Positions 42,105-55,900 of a DNA stretch of 64,000 bases are shown here, one piece after another. Position numbers and translations under genes: made by a program. The notes under the pieces were generated by a model. The model was not told the DNA's origin, did not search any database, and worked only from the letters and a program-made list of their open reading frames with translations. Numbering within the stretch: the first letter of the stretch is position 1; every line of letters starts with the position of its first letter. Source of the DNA: Eledone cirrhosa (taxonomy: Eukaryota); assembly GCA_964016885.1 (NCBI GenBank), contig OZ024754.1, positions 23,126,001-23,190,000 of the forward strand, read 5' to 3'.

Positions 42105-42351
42105 CCCCGTGAACGGTGAATTCCCGGTAGGCGCGGGTCATCAGCCCGCGTCGATCGAACGGTGAGGTCTTCGGATCTGGCCGACGAGTTCGCAGGCCGT
42201 ACGGCGGCGTTTCGGATCGGCCGCCAGGTCGGTTCGTTGCCGTCGTCGGTGCGTTCTCTGATGGCCCGGAGAAGACGACCGAACCCGATCGCTTAGAGGA
42301 AGTAAAAGTCGTAACAAGGTTTCTGTAGGTGAACCTGCGGAAGGATCATTA
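42105..42351 (+). rRNA. 18S: 18S rRNA 3' fragment (pseudogene, internal deletions)
   Basis: GAGGAAGTAAAAGTCGTAACAAGGTTTCTGTAGGTGAACCTGCGGAAGGATCATTA is present. The universal TGTACACACCGCCCGTC block is missing. Confidence 0.95.
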
Positions 42352-42424
42352 CCGCGTATCCTTATTGTCTTTTCTCGCCGCCGCCGCACTTTTCGATGAT
42401 CACGACAACAACGGTCGGGTGCGT

Positions 42425-45022
42425 CATCTGATGGACGGTCAGATCGATTTTTCCAATTGGAGACACCTAACGATATGTTCTGCCGTGTATCGTTTATACA
42501 CCAGGATTCTCTCCAAAAGAATGCTTCAGGTAACACCCTTAAACCCCGCCCAAATGGGTTTTATAAATGCGGACGGCTGCAGTGAGAATCTGTTCTTACT
42601 GCGGCAACTTATCGGACGCAGTATGGGTGGGCTAGCTCTATCGAGGATTCGGTAATTGAACGTGGCCTTCTTGGACCGTGTCAAGGCCTTCGATACGGTT
42701 CCGCACTCGCTTGTGTTTGCGGGCATGAGAAGGCTTGGATTTCACGATCATATGGTCGAAGTCGTGAGAGGTCTTTATGATGTCTGTGTCACAAAATTCT
42801 CGGTCGGAGCAGAAACGAGCAGAGCTATCGAGATCAAGCGAGGAGTACGGCAAGGGGACGCCCTCTCGCTCCTTCTCTTTAATATAGCCACAGATCCGCT
42901 GATGGATGTACTTTCCATCAACATGTGGCTTACAGATTGGAGAGTTGGGATTATCGAGTCTGGCGTACGCGGATGACAATGCCCTAATGTCCGGCTCTTC
43001 GTTGGAGATGCAGCGTCTAGTTGAAAGATGCGTGTCTTTCTACCGGGAGATGGAGCTAGCGGTGAATGTCTCCAAATGCGCCACTTTCTCGATCAAAGCG
43101 TGGGGGAAGTCCTTCTTGGTTAACACGGACTCCGCTCCTGAAATCGACGGTATTCAGCTCTTGAGAATCGATCCTGCTGAGAAATGTTCTTACCTAGGTG
43201 TCAAAGTCGGCCCGTGGTCGAACCTCGAAATGAATGTTTCGGTGGAGCAGGTGTCACAGTTCATCGATAAGATTTGCTGTGCTCCACTGAAACCCCGGCA
43301 GAAATTCCATCTGATGCAACAATATTACCTGCCTAGATTGTTCTACACTCTATCGCAGGTAATGCCTGCCCGGATTAAACTTGAGGAGCTAGACGCGGCT
43401 ATTCACACGGGGGCACGCAGGATCGTGCATCTGCACGAATCGACCTCTGTTTCCTTCTTATACAGCAGCAGACGAGACGGTGGATTGGGTCTTTGCCACT
43501 TGGCGAAGTTGATTCCATCCATCGTGATTCGAAAGAATCTTCGTCTGCTGGTCTCTCGTTACGACGCGGTTCGTCTCATGGCCGAATCTGCGGGCCTCGC
43601 AGCGCGAAACAGCGAGATAACGGTGCGCTATGGTCTGCCACTGGTTCCGCTGGCCGAGACCACGTACGCGTCTGACCTTTGGCGGGAATACGCGGAGGCC
43701 TGGGCGTCTCAGCCCGTCCAGGGGCGTGTGCGGGGTCGTTTAGGGGCGACCGAATCGGCAACGATTGGCTGCTCCGCCCGGGTGTGGTTTCTGAGGGGAC
43801 CTTTTTAAGATGTCTTAAATTGCGAACCAATACGTTTCCCACCCGGGAATGTCTGGCGAGAGGTGATCGCGGATCTAAGACCTGTAGACGCTGTGGAACG
43901 GCTGCGGAGACAATCGCCCACATCAGTGGCCAGTGCCCCCTTCTGAAGAGAAGGCGTTTGGCCAGGAACGACCAGCTGTGCAAACTGATTGCGTACGAGT
44001 GTATACGCCACTGTTGGAGGGTGGGCTGGGAGCCCTATTATCGTGTGAACAATGCGAGGCTCATTCCGGATCTGGTAATGAGGAGATGGGGTACGACGGT
44101 GGTGGTAGATGTCACAGTGAGATACGAGCAGGGAAGTGCTTTGAATGACGCCGCGGCGGAGAAGGTACGTAAGTACCTTCCGTTGACTGCGCTGCTGGAA
44201 AATGAAGCAGGTGGGAGAGTCCTGGTTCATGGCTGTCCTTTCGGAGCTTGCGGTGCTTGGTCTAACGCGGCTGAAGAGACACTATCTGCTCTGGGGATCG
44301 TGGATGATGCGTTCAGGAGTCTTCTGTGCCTTCGGGCGATGAAATGCTAGAAATGCTGGAATAGAAACCGGCTGGTTTCGAGTTGTCGGCTCGCGTGCGG
44401 TATGGGGGTCTCTGGACGCTTCCGGGTCCCCGCCACTGTGGATGCTTGTCGTCTAATCCCCTTTTCTCCTTTATGAACCCTTGCCGGGTCCGGGGGATGA
44501 TTGCCTCAGGGTTTTTTTTAGCGCGTTAGGGCCTAGAATCTCTCTTCCTCTTTTCTCTTTTTAGCGTTCTTTAGAAATTTCGACTAATTTGAGCTAATCT
44601 GGCGAGCGGTGGGATAGATATCCGAGTGATGGAGATATAAGACGCCTCCGCCGGTTCCGCTAGTCTGGGCGTTCGTACTGGGTGCACGATAGTACGCCCT
44701 CACACCCCACTGCAGGGTTACGCATAATGTTATAATGTTTGTTTTTAACTAATAAGTTTACTAATGTTGTTTATAGGAAGAGAGAAGGAAAAATACGACC
44801 CGAAGCGCGATACAAACGGGTGGAGGAGCGGTGGACGACCACCTTACTTTAGTTTAGGACATTTTAGAAATGGATTAGATTATTACTACCGGACTGACTA
44901 GGACACGCTGTTATGCAGATGTCGCTTTTGGCGTAGGCCGTGGAACCTCCCACACTAAACCATGAGGGAAAGGCATCTCTTATATTTTTTGAATTGAAAA
45001 TTAAGTTAAATGCCAGAGAACG
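42425..45022 (+). mobile_element. 5'-truncated, disrupted R2 retrotransposon at the canonical 28S site
   Basis: NWRHLTI, QMGF, LDRVKAFDTV, GVRQGDALS, LAYADD, YLGV, CRRC...ETIAHISGQC, PDLV...DVTV...KVRKY. ~670-nt 3' UTR abuts TAGCCAAATGCCTCGTCA at 45023. Confidence 0.95.
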
Positions 45023-45125
45023 TAGCCAAATGCCTCGTCATGAACGGATCAACGAGATTCCCACTGTCCTTATCTACTGTCTAGCGAAACCACAGCCCAG
45101 GGAACGGGCTTGGACGGATCGGCGA

Positions 45126-45161
<36 letters not shown>

Positions 45162-45685
45162 TTTTGTGAGGGCACACGGTAGGCGTAGCTTAGGCGGAAG
45201 CATTCTTGCGTCTCTCGGCTGGCGGCGGCGTCGCTTGCGGATCGGTCCCCGGTCTTCACCGACCGACCGGCTTTGCGGCGGCGTTCGCCGTCGGTCGGGT
45301 ACCGTGCGTGTTAGCGTCGATGAAAAACCGCCACTTCCGTAGTTTCTTCGCTCACTCGATTGAGAAGGGACGGGGACGTCGCCGAGCGGTGGTTCATGTA
45401 TCTGGTGCGAAGCGTGCGGTGCATGTCGCGCGCGCACATGTTGTGCGGCGACGCAGCCGATGCGCGACCCTTAGTCGAGAACAGTGTCGGTCGGGGAGTT
45501 TGACTGGGGCGGTACGTCTGTCAAAGGGTAACGCAGGTGTCCCAAGGCGAGATCAGCGTGGACGGAAACCGCACGTTGAGCAAAAGGGCAAAAGCTCGCT
45601 CAATCTTGATTTTTAGTACTGATACGGACCGCGAAAGCGTGGCCCATCGATCCTTTCCGAATAGCGGCGAGCTATGCGTCCGCCG

Positions 45686-45728
<43 letters not shown>

Positions 45729-45751
45729 GGCCAAGCGTTCGCAGCGACGTC

Positions 45752-45789
<38 letters not shown>

Positions 45790-45839
45790 CGAAGCAGAAT
45801 TCGCAAAGCGTTGGATTGTTCACATACTAACAGGGAACA

Positions 45840-45884
<45 letters not shown>

Positions 45885-46400
45885 CGATGCATTGCGTGTA
45901 GGCGGCGGTGGTGGCTGCAGCCACCTTCTCGAAGGTGGCTGCGGTCGGCGTCGCCGCCGGAAACGTCAACTCGGCTAAGGCTATCCCGTCCCGTACGAGA
46001 GGAACCGCGGGATCAGAGCAACGGTTTGCGCGCTCGCTCGATAGAGCGGTGGTGCCAGGCTGCTTCTGAGCGATAACGGGTGAGCGCCTCTAAGCCGGAA
46101 CCGTAGCCGGACCCGAGTTGTTTTTCGAAAGCGTCTCAACCTTCTTAAGGCGCATGCCTTAGTTTGGCGATTGCCGTCCGTTCGGCGAAGTTGCTCCCCT
46201 TTTCGGGGTGCGCGTCGTCGTCGGCGGCAGCATCAGCGGAATTGCCATTCTGTGACGACGACGACGACTCGTCGTCCTTTCGATTTGTCGAAAGAGATCG
46301 AGACGAAAAGGTTCGTTTGTATACGACACGACTTGCCGTTCGGAGTGACGTGTTTAGTAGATCAGCTACCACACTGCGATCTATTGAGTCTCTTCTCACG
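45023..46400 (+). rRNA. 28S: 28S rRNA 3' portion (pseudogene)
   Basis: GAAGACCCTGTTGAGCTTGACTCTAG, GGGGAGTTTGACTGGGGCGG, TACCACAGGGATAACTGGCTTG, GGTTTAGACCGTCGTGAGACAGG and sarcin loop GTACGAGAGGAAC. The 3' end is approximate. Confidence 0.95.
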
Positions 46401-46878
46401 AACGACACGATCCGCCCCTCGAGGCGGCGGAAAAGAAAAAAACCCCAGAAAATACGAGTCGAAAGAAAAATAAAAAAAAAAGTCGAAAGATGGCGGCAGC
46501 GGTGGACGGCTGAAGTAATTGGAACGAACGAGAGATAGCTACCGTGTTCGAACACTGTCGCGTCGGCGGCTTTCTTTCGACGGGATTGCGTAGCAACGAC
46601 ACACGTACATACAACATACAAGTCCGGTCCGTGCGTTACACGCCGCCGATCGATCGGTTCGTTGTCCGCCATCGGGCAAGTTTTACGAGTTCCGCCGCCG
46701 CTGCTACTGCTACCCACCAGTCCGCTCGCCAACTTTTACGAGTTCAGTCGCTCGGCCAGTTTGGGAGGTTCCGCCAACGACCCGCAAAGTCGCTTTCGAT
46801 ACTAATCGAAAGCGAACGTTCACGGTAAATGCAATAGAGACACGGGATCCGTCTCTTGGTTCGAGTGGCGCGTGTGTC

Positions 46879-47232
46879 TTACACGCCGCCGATCCGTCGT
46901 CCATCTTCCAAGTTAGTTTTACGTGTTGAGGCGTGTGTGTGTGTCTGTGTGTGTTACACGCCGCCAATCCGTCGTCCGTCTTCCAAGTTAGTTTTACGTG
47001 TTGAGGCGTGTATGTGTGTCTGTGTGTGTTACACGCCGCCGATCCGTCGGCCGTCTTCCAAGTTAGTTTTACGTGTAGACGGCGTGTGTGTCTGTGTGTG
47101 TTACATGCCGCCGATACGTCGTCCGTCTTCCAAGTTAGTTTTACGTGTAGACGGCGTGTGTGTGTGGCTGTGTATGTTACACGCCGCCGATCCGTCGTCC
47201 GTCTTCGAAGTTAGTTTTACGTGTAGACGGCG
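46879..47232 (+). repeat. ~75-bp tandem repeat x5 downstream of 28S
   Basis: TTACACGCCGCCGATCCGTCGTCCGTCTTCCAAGTTAGTTTTACGTGT+(TG)n at 46879, 46954, 47029, 47101, 47177. Confidence 0.9.
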
Positions 47233-49899
47233 GTAAGGAATCCAGTACGCTTGCGAGTCGCTGCCGGGAAAAGCAGGCGGCAAGGCGGCGTGTATACGCG
47301 ACACGATGCCTTCCGCCTTCCACCTTCCACCCGGTAAACTTTCCCTTGTTCGGCCACGCCTCCCGCTTCGATGGCCAGAAAGAACGCAACCCGCCGGCGA
47401 GGCCGTTCCGCCGCCGACCCGTAAGGTTGCGAGTAGGCGCCGGGGGAACCGACCGCTCACGGTTATATCTACTCGACCAGAGGGTCCTGTCTATTATATA
47501 GGGTAAGCTTGATCGCACGAGCTCAAAGAAAACGGTTACGGGTGATATCCGTTGCGACTTGTGAATATTCCGTTTTCAAGACGAGTACGTGCCGGCTTAC
47601 CCTATGCGATGTCGGCTGTCTCCGTCTCGAACGATATGCCGACCTGTACTCGTCCGCCCCGCCTGCACGTTAACGCTCGCCCTCCGCCCCGACTTCCGCC
47701 TCCGAAGCGTGTTCCGCCAATGATGCGTGTCGAGTTGGCCGCCGCCGACCCGTGTGGCTGCCGGGGAATCCAGCCGACAACGACGCCGGACAGCGGCGAG
47801 GTGTAGCTTCGCCGACGCGACGACAACACGCCGCCATCTAGCCTCCTTCGGGGAGGCCCCGTTTAGACAGCGGAAAGTAATCCAACCCGCCTCCGCCGCC
47901 GATGCGTGTTCCGCCGATGATGCGTGCCGAGTCCGCCGCCGCCGACACGTTTGCTTGCGCGTCGCTGCAGGGGAATACAGCCGACGACGCCCGAACGGCG
48001 GCGTGGTGTAGCTTCGACGACGACGACGGCGACACGCCGCCATCAAGCCTCCTTCAGGGAGGCCCCGTGTAGACGGTGGGGAGGAATCCAACCCGCCGGC
48101 TAGGCGGTTCCGCCGCCGAAGCCGTACGCTTGCGAGTCGCTGCCGGGAAATGCAGGCGGCGTGTATACGCGACACGACGCCGCCTTCCGCCAGGTAAACG
48201 TTCCCTTCATCGTCCCCGCGTTGATCGCAAGAATGAACGTACCCGCTGGCGAGGCGGTTCCGCCGCCGGCCCGTAAAGTTGCGAGTAGGCGCCGGGAATC
48301 ACGGCCTTTGCAGCGCGGCGAGGGGGTTCTGTCTATTATATAGGGTAAGCTTGTTCGGACGAGCTCGAAGAAAACGGTTACGGGTGCGATCCGTTGCGGC
48401 TTGGGAATCTTCCGTTTTCAAGACGGGTACGCGACACGACGCCGCCTTCCGCCAGGTAAACGTTCCATTCCTCGTCCCCGCCTGCCCGCGTTGATCGCAA
48501 GAAAGAACGTACCCGCCGACGAGACGGTTCCGCCGCCGGCCCGTAAAGTTGCGAGTAGGCGCCGGGGAAGCCAACCGCTCACGGCCTTTGCACCGCGGCG
48601 ATGGGGTTCTGTATATTATATAGGATAAGCTTGATCGGACCAGCTCGAAGAAAACGGTTACGGGTGCGATCCGTTGCGGCTTGAGAATCTTCCGTTTTCA
48701 AGACGGGTACGTTCCGGCTTACCCTATGCGCTGTCGGCTGTCTCCGTCTCGAACGAGTTGCCGATCAGTACTCGTCCGCCCCGCCTGCACGTTAACTCCC
48801 GCCCTCCGCCTCCGCCGCGTCTTCCGCCGACGATGCGTGGCAAGTCCTCCTCCGCAGATCGGTGTGCTTGCGCGTCGCTGGCGGGGAATCCAGCCGACGA
48901 CGCCCGAGCGGCAGCGATGTGTGGCTTCCTCGAGCGTGACGACACGCCGCTATCTAGCCTCCTTCGAGGAGGCCTCGTGTAGAAGGCGGAAGGAATCTAT
49001 CCCGCTGTCGAGGCGGTTCCGCCGGCGACCCGTACGCTTGCGAGTCGCTGCCAGGAAAGGCAGGGGGAAAAGCGGCGTGTATACGCGACACGACGCCGCC
49101 TTCAGCCTTCCGCCCGGTAAACGTTCCCTTGATCGTCCTCGCCTGCCTGCCTCGATCGCGAGAAAGAACGCACCAGCCAGCGAGGCGGTTCCGCCTCCGG
49201 CCCGTAAGGTTGCGAATAGGCGCCGGGGAAACGGACCGCTTATGGCCTTTGCAGCGCGGCCAGGGGGTTCTGTCTGTTATATAGGGTAAGCTTGATCGGA
49301 TGAGCTCGAAGAAAACGGTTACGGGTGCGATCTGATGCGGCTTGGGAATCTTCCGTTTTCAAGACGGGTATTGCCGGCTTACCCTATGCGCTGTCAGCTG
49401 TCTACGTCTCGAACGAGCTGCCGACCAGTACTCGTCCGCCAAGCCTGGACGTTAACGCCCGCCCTCAGCCTCCGCCGCGTCTACCGCCGCCGATGCGTGT
49501 TCCGCCGACGATGCCTGTTCCGCCGACGATGCGTCCCGTGTCCGCCGACGATGTGTCCCGAGTCCGCCGTCGCCGAACCGTATGCTTGCGCGTCGCTGCC
49601 GGGGAATCCAGCCGACGACGACGCCCGGACGGCGGCGTGGTGTAGCTTCAACGTCGACGACGACGACGACGACACGCCGCCGTATAACCTCGGAGAGGCC
49701 CCGTGTACACGGCGGGAAGGAATCCAACCCGCCGGCCAGGCGTTTCCGTATAACCTTCCGAGAGGCCCCGTGTACACGGCGGGAAGGAATCCAACCCGCC
49801 GGCCAGGCGTTTCCGCCGCCGACCCGTACGCTTGCGAGTCGCTGCCGGGAAAGGCGGCGTGTATACGGGACACGAGGCCGCCTGCCGCCTTTCACCCGG
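47233..49899 (+). repeat. Same GC-rich spacer repeats downstream of 28S
   Basis: TATATAGG motif near 47495, 48337, 48617, 49278. Confidence 0.88.
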
Positions 49900-49919
49900 A
49901 TTAGACTTCTACAAGCATT

Positions 49920-52900
49920 AGACTAACCCTAACCCTAACCCTAACCCTAACCTCAACACCAACCCTAACCCTAAACCTAACCCTAACCCTAAACCTAACA
50001 TTAACCCCATCCCTAACCCCCACCCCAACACCAACCCCCACCCCAACATGAACCCCAACCCTAACCCTAACCCTAACCCTAACTCTAACACTAACCCTAA
50101 TCCTATCCCTACCCCTAACCGTAACCCTAACCCTAATCCTAACCCTAACCCTAAGCCTAAGCCTAACCCTAACCCTAACACTAACCCCAACCCTAACCCC
50201 ACCCCAACACCAACCATCACCCAAACCCTAACCCCAACAACAACGCCAACCCCCAAATTAGTCCTATTCCTAACACTCACCCCAACCCCAACCCCAACCG
50301 CCACCCTAACCTTAACCCTAACCCTAACCCTAAAACAAACCCAAACCCTAAACATAACCCTAACCCTAATCCTAACCCTAATACTAACCGTACACATAAC
50401 CCTAACACAAACCCTAACCCTAACCCTAACCCTAACCCTAATCCTAAGCCTAACCCAAACCCTAACCCTAACCCAAAACCTTACCCTAACCCTAACCCTA
50501 ACGCCAACCCTAAACCTAACGCTAACCTTAACACTAAACCCAACTATAACCGCAACTCTAACACCAACCCTAACCCTAACCGAAAATCTAACACTAACCC
50601 TAACATTAACATTAACCCAAACCCTAATCCTAACACTAACCCTATCCCTAACCATAACCCAAACCCCAACCATAACCCTAAACCTAACCCTAGCTCTAAA
50701 CCTAACCCTAACCCTAACAATAACACTAACCCCAAACCTAACCCCCACCCAACACCAACCTCCATCCCAACAGAAACCTAACACCAACACCAACACTAAC
50801 CCTAACCCTAACCCACCCCCAAATCCTAACCCAAACCCTAACCCTAACCCATACCCACACCCAAACCCTAACCCTAACCCTAACCCTAACGCTAACACTA
50901 ACCCTAACCCTAATCCTAACCCAAACACAAACCCTAACACTTACCCTACACCGAAACCCTAACCCTAACGCTAACGCTAACGCAAACCCTAACCCTAACC
51001 CTAACCCAAACCCTAATCCAAACCCTAACCCAAATCCTAACCCTAACCCTAACTCTAACGATAACCCTAACCCTAATCCTTACCCTAACCCTAACATAAT
51101 CACTAACTCTAAACATAACCCTAACCCTAACACAAACACAAACCCTAACCCTAAACCTAAACCTAACCCTATCCCTAACCCTAACCCAAACCCCAAGCAC
51201 AACCCTAATCCTAAACCTAACCCTAAACCTAACCCTAACCCTAACCCAAATCCTAACCCTAAACCTAACCATAAACCCTATCCCCAAACCTAACACTAAC
51301 CCTAACCCTAACCCTATCCCAAACCCTAACCCAACCCCAACCCCCTACCTTAACACCAAACCCAAACCTAACCCCAACGCCAACCCCAAATCCTAACCCT
51401 AACCCTAACGCAAACCCTAAACCTAACCCTAACTCAAACCTCAACACCAACACCAAACCCCAACCCCAACCCTAACCCTAACCCTAATCCTATCCCTAAC
51501 CCTAACCCTAACCCTAACCCTAATCCTAAATCTAACCCTAACCCTAAGCCTAACCCTAATCCTAACACTAACCCCAACCCCACCCCAACACCAACCATCA
51601 CCCAAACCCTAACCCCAACCCCAACAACAACCCCAACCCCAAAACTAGTCCTATTCCTAACACTCACCCCAACGCCAACACCAACCGCAACCCTTAACCT
51701 AACCCTAACCCTAAAACAAACCCAAACCCTAAACATGACCCTAACCCTAATCCTAACCGTAAACCTAACCATAACCCAAACCCTAACACTAACCCTAACC
51801 CTAACCCTAACCCTGATCCTAACCCTAACCCTAACCCAAACCCTAACCCTAAACCAAATCCTAACCCTAACCCTAACCCTAACCCCAAACCTAAACCTAA
51901 CGCTAACCTTAACCCAACTATAACCGCAACCCTAACCCCAACCCTAATCCTAACCAAAAATCTAACACTAACCCTAACATTAACATTAACACAAACCCTA
52001 ACCCTAACCCTATCTCTAACCATAACCCAAACCCCAACCATAGCCCTAAACCTAACCCTAGCCTTAAACCTAACCCTAACCCCAACCCTAACCCCCACCC
52101 CAACACCAACTTCCACCCAACAGCAACCCCACCCCAACCCCAACCACTACCCCAACACTAACCCTAACCCTAATTCTAAGCCTAAGCCTAAGCCTAACCC
52201 TAACACTAACCCCAACACCTACCCCAACCCTAACCCTAACCCTAACCCACCCCTAAATCCTAACCCAAACCCTAACCCTAACCCATACCCACACCCAAAC
52301 CCTAACCCTAAACCTAACCCTAACCCTAACACTAACCCTAACACTAATCCTAACCCAAACCCAAACCCTAACACTTACACAAACCGAAACCCTAACCCAA
52401 ACCCTAACCGCAACCCAAAACCTTACCCTAACACTAACCCTAACCCAAACCCTAAACCTAACGCTAACCTTAACCCTAAACCCAAATATAACCGCAACTC
52501 TAACACTAACCCTAACCCTAACCGAAAATCTAACACTAACCCTAACATTAACATTAACCCAAACCCTAATCCTAACCCTAACCCTATCCCTAACCATAAC
52601 CCAAACCCCAACCATAACCCTAAACCTAACCCTAGCCCTAAACCTAACCCTAACCCTAACAATAACACTAACCCCAACCCTAACACCCACCCAACACCAA
52701 CCTCCACCCCAACAGAAACCCCACCCCAACCCCAACCACTACCCCAACACTAACCCTAACCCTAACGCAAACCCTAACCCTAACCCTAACCCAAACCTCA
52801 ACACCAACTCTAACCCTAACGCTAAATCTAAACCAAACCCTAACCCTAACCCAAACTCTAACCCTAAACCTAACCCTAACCGTAACCCAAACTCTAACCC

Positions 52901-55900
52901 TAACCCTAACTATAACACTAACCGAAACCCTAACCCGAACACTAAACTTAACCCTGACCTTAACCCTAACCATAACCCAAACCCTAACAGAAACCCTAAC
53001 ACTAATCCTAACCCTAACCCTATCCATAACCCTAACCCTAACCCTAAGCATAACCCACAACCCTAACCCTAACTCTAACCCTCACACAAATCCTAACCCA
53101 AACCATAACGCTAACCCAAACCCTAACCCCAACACTGAACCTAACCCTAAAACTAACACTAACCCCAACCCCAACGCCAACCCCAATGCTAACCCCAACC
53201 CTAACCCAACCCTAACCCTAACCCAAACCCTAAACCTAACACAAACCCAAACCCTAACCCTAACCCTAATCCTAACCCTAATCCTAACAGTAAACCTAAC
53301 CCTAACCCTAAACCTAACCCTAAACCTAACACAAAACCTAACCTTAAACCTAACACTAACCCTATACCCAAACCTAACACTAACCGTAATTCTAACCCCA
53401 ACCCTAACCCCTACGCTAACCCCAACCCCAACCCCAACCCCAACCACGAGCCTAACCCTAACCCTAACCCAAACCCAAACCCTAATGCTAATCCTAAACT
53501 TAATCCTAACCCCAACAAAACCCCCATGCCAACCCCAACGCCAACCCAAAACCCTAACCCAAACCCTAACGCAAATCCTAAACCTAACCCTAACCCAAAC
53601 TCAACACCAACCCTAACCCTAACCCTAACACTAATCCTAACCCTAACCCTAACCGTAAACCTAACACTAACCCAAACCCTAACCCTAACCCTAACCCTAA
53701 CCGTAAACCTAACCCTAACCCCAAAACAAACCCCAAACCTAACCCAAACACAAACACAAATCCTAAACCTAACCCTAAGCCTAACCCTAACCCTAACCCT
53801 AACCGTAACCCTAACACTAACCCCAACCCTAACCACCACCCCAACACCAACCCCCACCCAAACCCTAACCCCAACCCCAACCACAACCCCAAAACTAACC
53901 CTAACCATAATTCAAAGCCTAAACCTAACATTAACCCTAACACTAACCCCAACCCGAACACCAACACCAACCCCAACCCTAACCCTAACCCTAACACTAA
54001 CCCTAACGCAAACCCTAACCCAAACCTCAACACCAACTCTAACCCTAACCCTAAATCTAAACCAAAACCTAACCCTAAACCTAACCCTAACTCTAACACA
54101 AATCCTAACCCTAACCCTAACCCTAATCCTATCCCTAACACAAACCCTAACCCCAACCCTAGCCCTAACCCTAACCGAAAACCTAACCCTATCCCTAACC
54201 CTAACCCAAACCCTAAACCTAACCCTAATCCTAACCCTAACCCTAACTCTAACTCTAACCTTAACACTAAGCCTAAACCTAATCCAAACCCTAACCCAAA
54301 TTCTAACCCTAACCCTAACCCTGACCCTAATCCTATCTCTAACCCTAACATAATCCCTAACCCTAAACATAATCCTAACCCTAACCCAAACACAAACCCA
54401 AACCCTAACACAAACCCTAACCCTAACCCTAACCCTAGCCCTATCCCTAACCCAAAACCTAACCCTATCCCTAACCCTAACCTTAACCCTAACCCTAACC
54501 AAAATCCTAACCCTAAACCAAACCCTAACCCTATCCCCAAACCTAACACTAACCGTAACCCTAGCCCTAAATCTAACCCCAAGCCTAACCCCTACGCTAA
54601 CCCCAACCCAAACCCCAACCCCAAACTTAACACTAACCGTAAACCTAACCCTAACCCTAACCCTAACAATAACACTAACCCTAACTCTTACCCTAACCCT
54701 AACCCTAACACAAATCCTAACCCTAACCCTAACCCTAACCCAAACCCTAACACTAACCCCAAACTTCAACCTAACCCTAACCCCAACCCTAACCCTAACC
54801 CTAACCCCAACCCTAACCCTAACCCTAACCCCAACCCTAATCCTATCCCTAAACCCAAATCTATCCCCAACTCTAACCCCAACCCTAACTCCAACCTTAA
54901 GCCTTACCCTAACCCTAACACTAAACCTAACCCTAACCCCAACTCTAACCCAATCTCTAACCCTAACCCTAACCCTAACCCTAACCCAAACTCTAACCCT
55001 AACCCTAACTCTAACACTAACCCAAACCCTAACACTAACACTAATCTTAACTCTGACTCTAACCCTAACCATAACGCAAACCCAAACACTAACACAAACC
55101 CTGACCCTAACCCTCACACAAATCCTAACCCTAACCCTAACCCCAACACTGAATCTAACCGTAAACCTAACACTAACCCCAACCCCAACACCAACCCCAA
55201 TGCTAACCCTAACCCTAACTCTAACCCAAACCCTAACACAAATCCATAATCCCAACCGTAGCCCCAACCCTATTACTAACCCTAACCCTAACCCCATCCC
55301 TAAACCCAACCATAAGCTCAACCGTAGCCCCAACACTAACCTTAACTCTAACCCTAACACTAACCTTAACCCCAACACTAACCCTAACACCAAACCCAAT
55401 CCCAACGCTAACCCCAACCCTAACCCTAATCCTAACCCCAACAATTAACCCTAAACTTAACACAAACCCTAACCCTAACCCAAACTCAAACCCTAACCCT
55501 AACCCTAACCCTAACCCAAACTCAAATCCTAAACCTAAGCCTAACCCTAACCTTAACACTAACCCTAACCCTAACACTAACCCTAACCCTAACCCTAACC
55601 GTAGCTCTAACTCCAAACCTAACACTAACCAAACCCTAACACTAACACTAAGCCTCACCCTCACCCTAACCCCAACCCTAACCCCAAACATAAGCCCAAC
55701 CCTAACCCTAACCCCAAACCCAACCCTAACCCTAACCCTAAGCCTAACCCTAACACTTACCCTAACCCTAACCCAAACCCCAAACCAAATCCTAACCTTA
55801 ACCCTAACCCAAACCCTAACCCTTACCCAAACCCTAAATCTAACCCTAAGCCTAACCCAAACCAAAACCGTAACCCTAACCCAAAACCTAAACCTAACCC

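Noticed and set aside
42352-42445. HDV-like ribozyme at the R2 5' end
   Set aside because: The element is 5'-truncated inside the RT domain, so its 5' UTR is absent.
46879-47232. CRISPR-like repeat-spacer look
   Set aside because: The spacers are near-identical TG runs, the context is eukaryotic rDNA, and there are no cas genes.
37194-49926. Arg/Pro/Ala-rich ORFs in GC-rich repeats and rRNA
   Set aside because: They come from stop-poor spacer repeats and rDNA. Frames are not conserved between units and show no domain motifs. The R2 ORFs are the exception.
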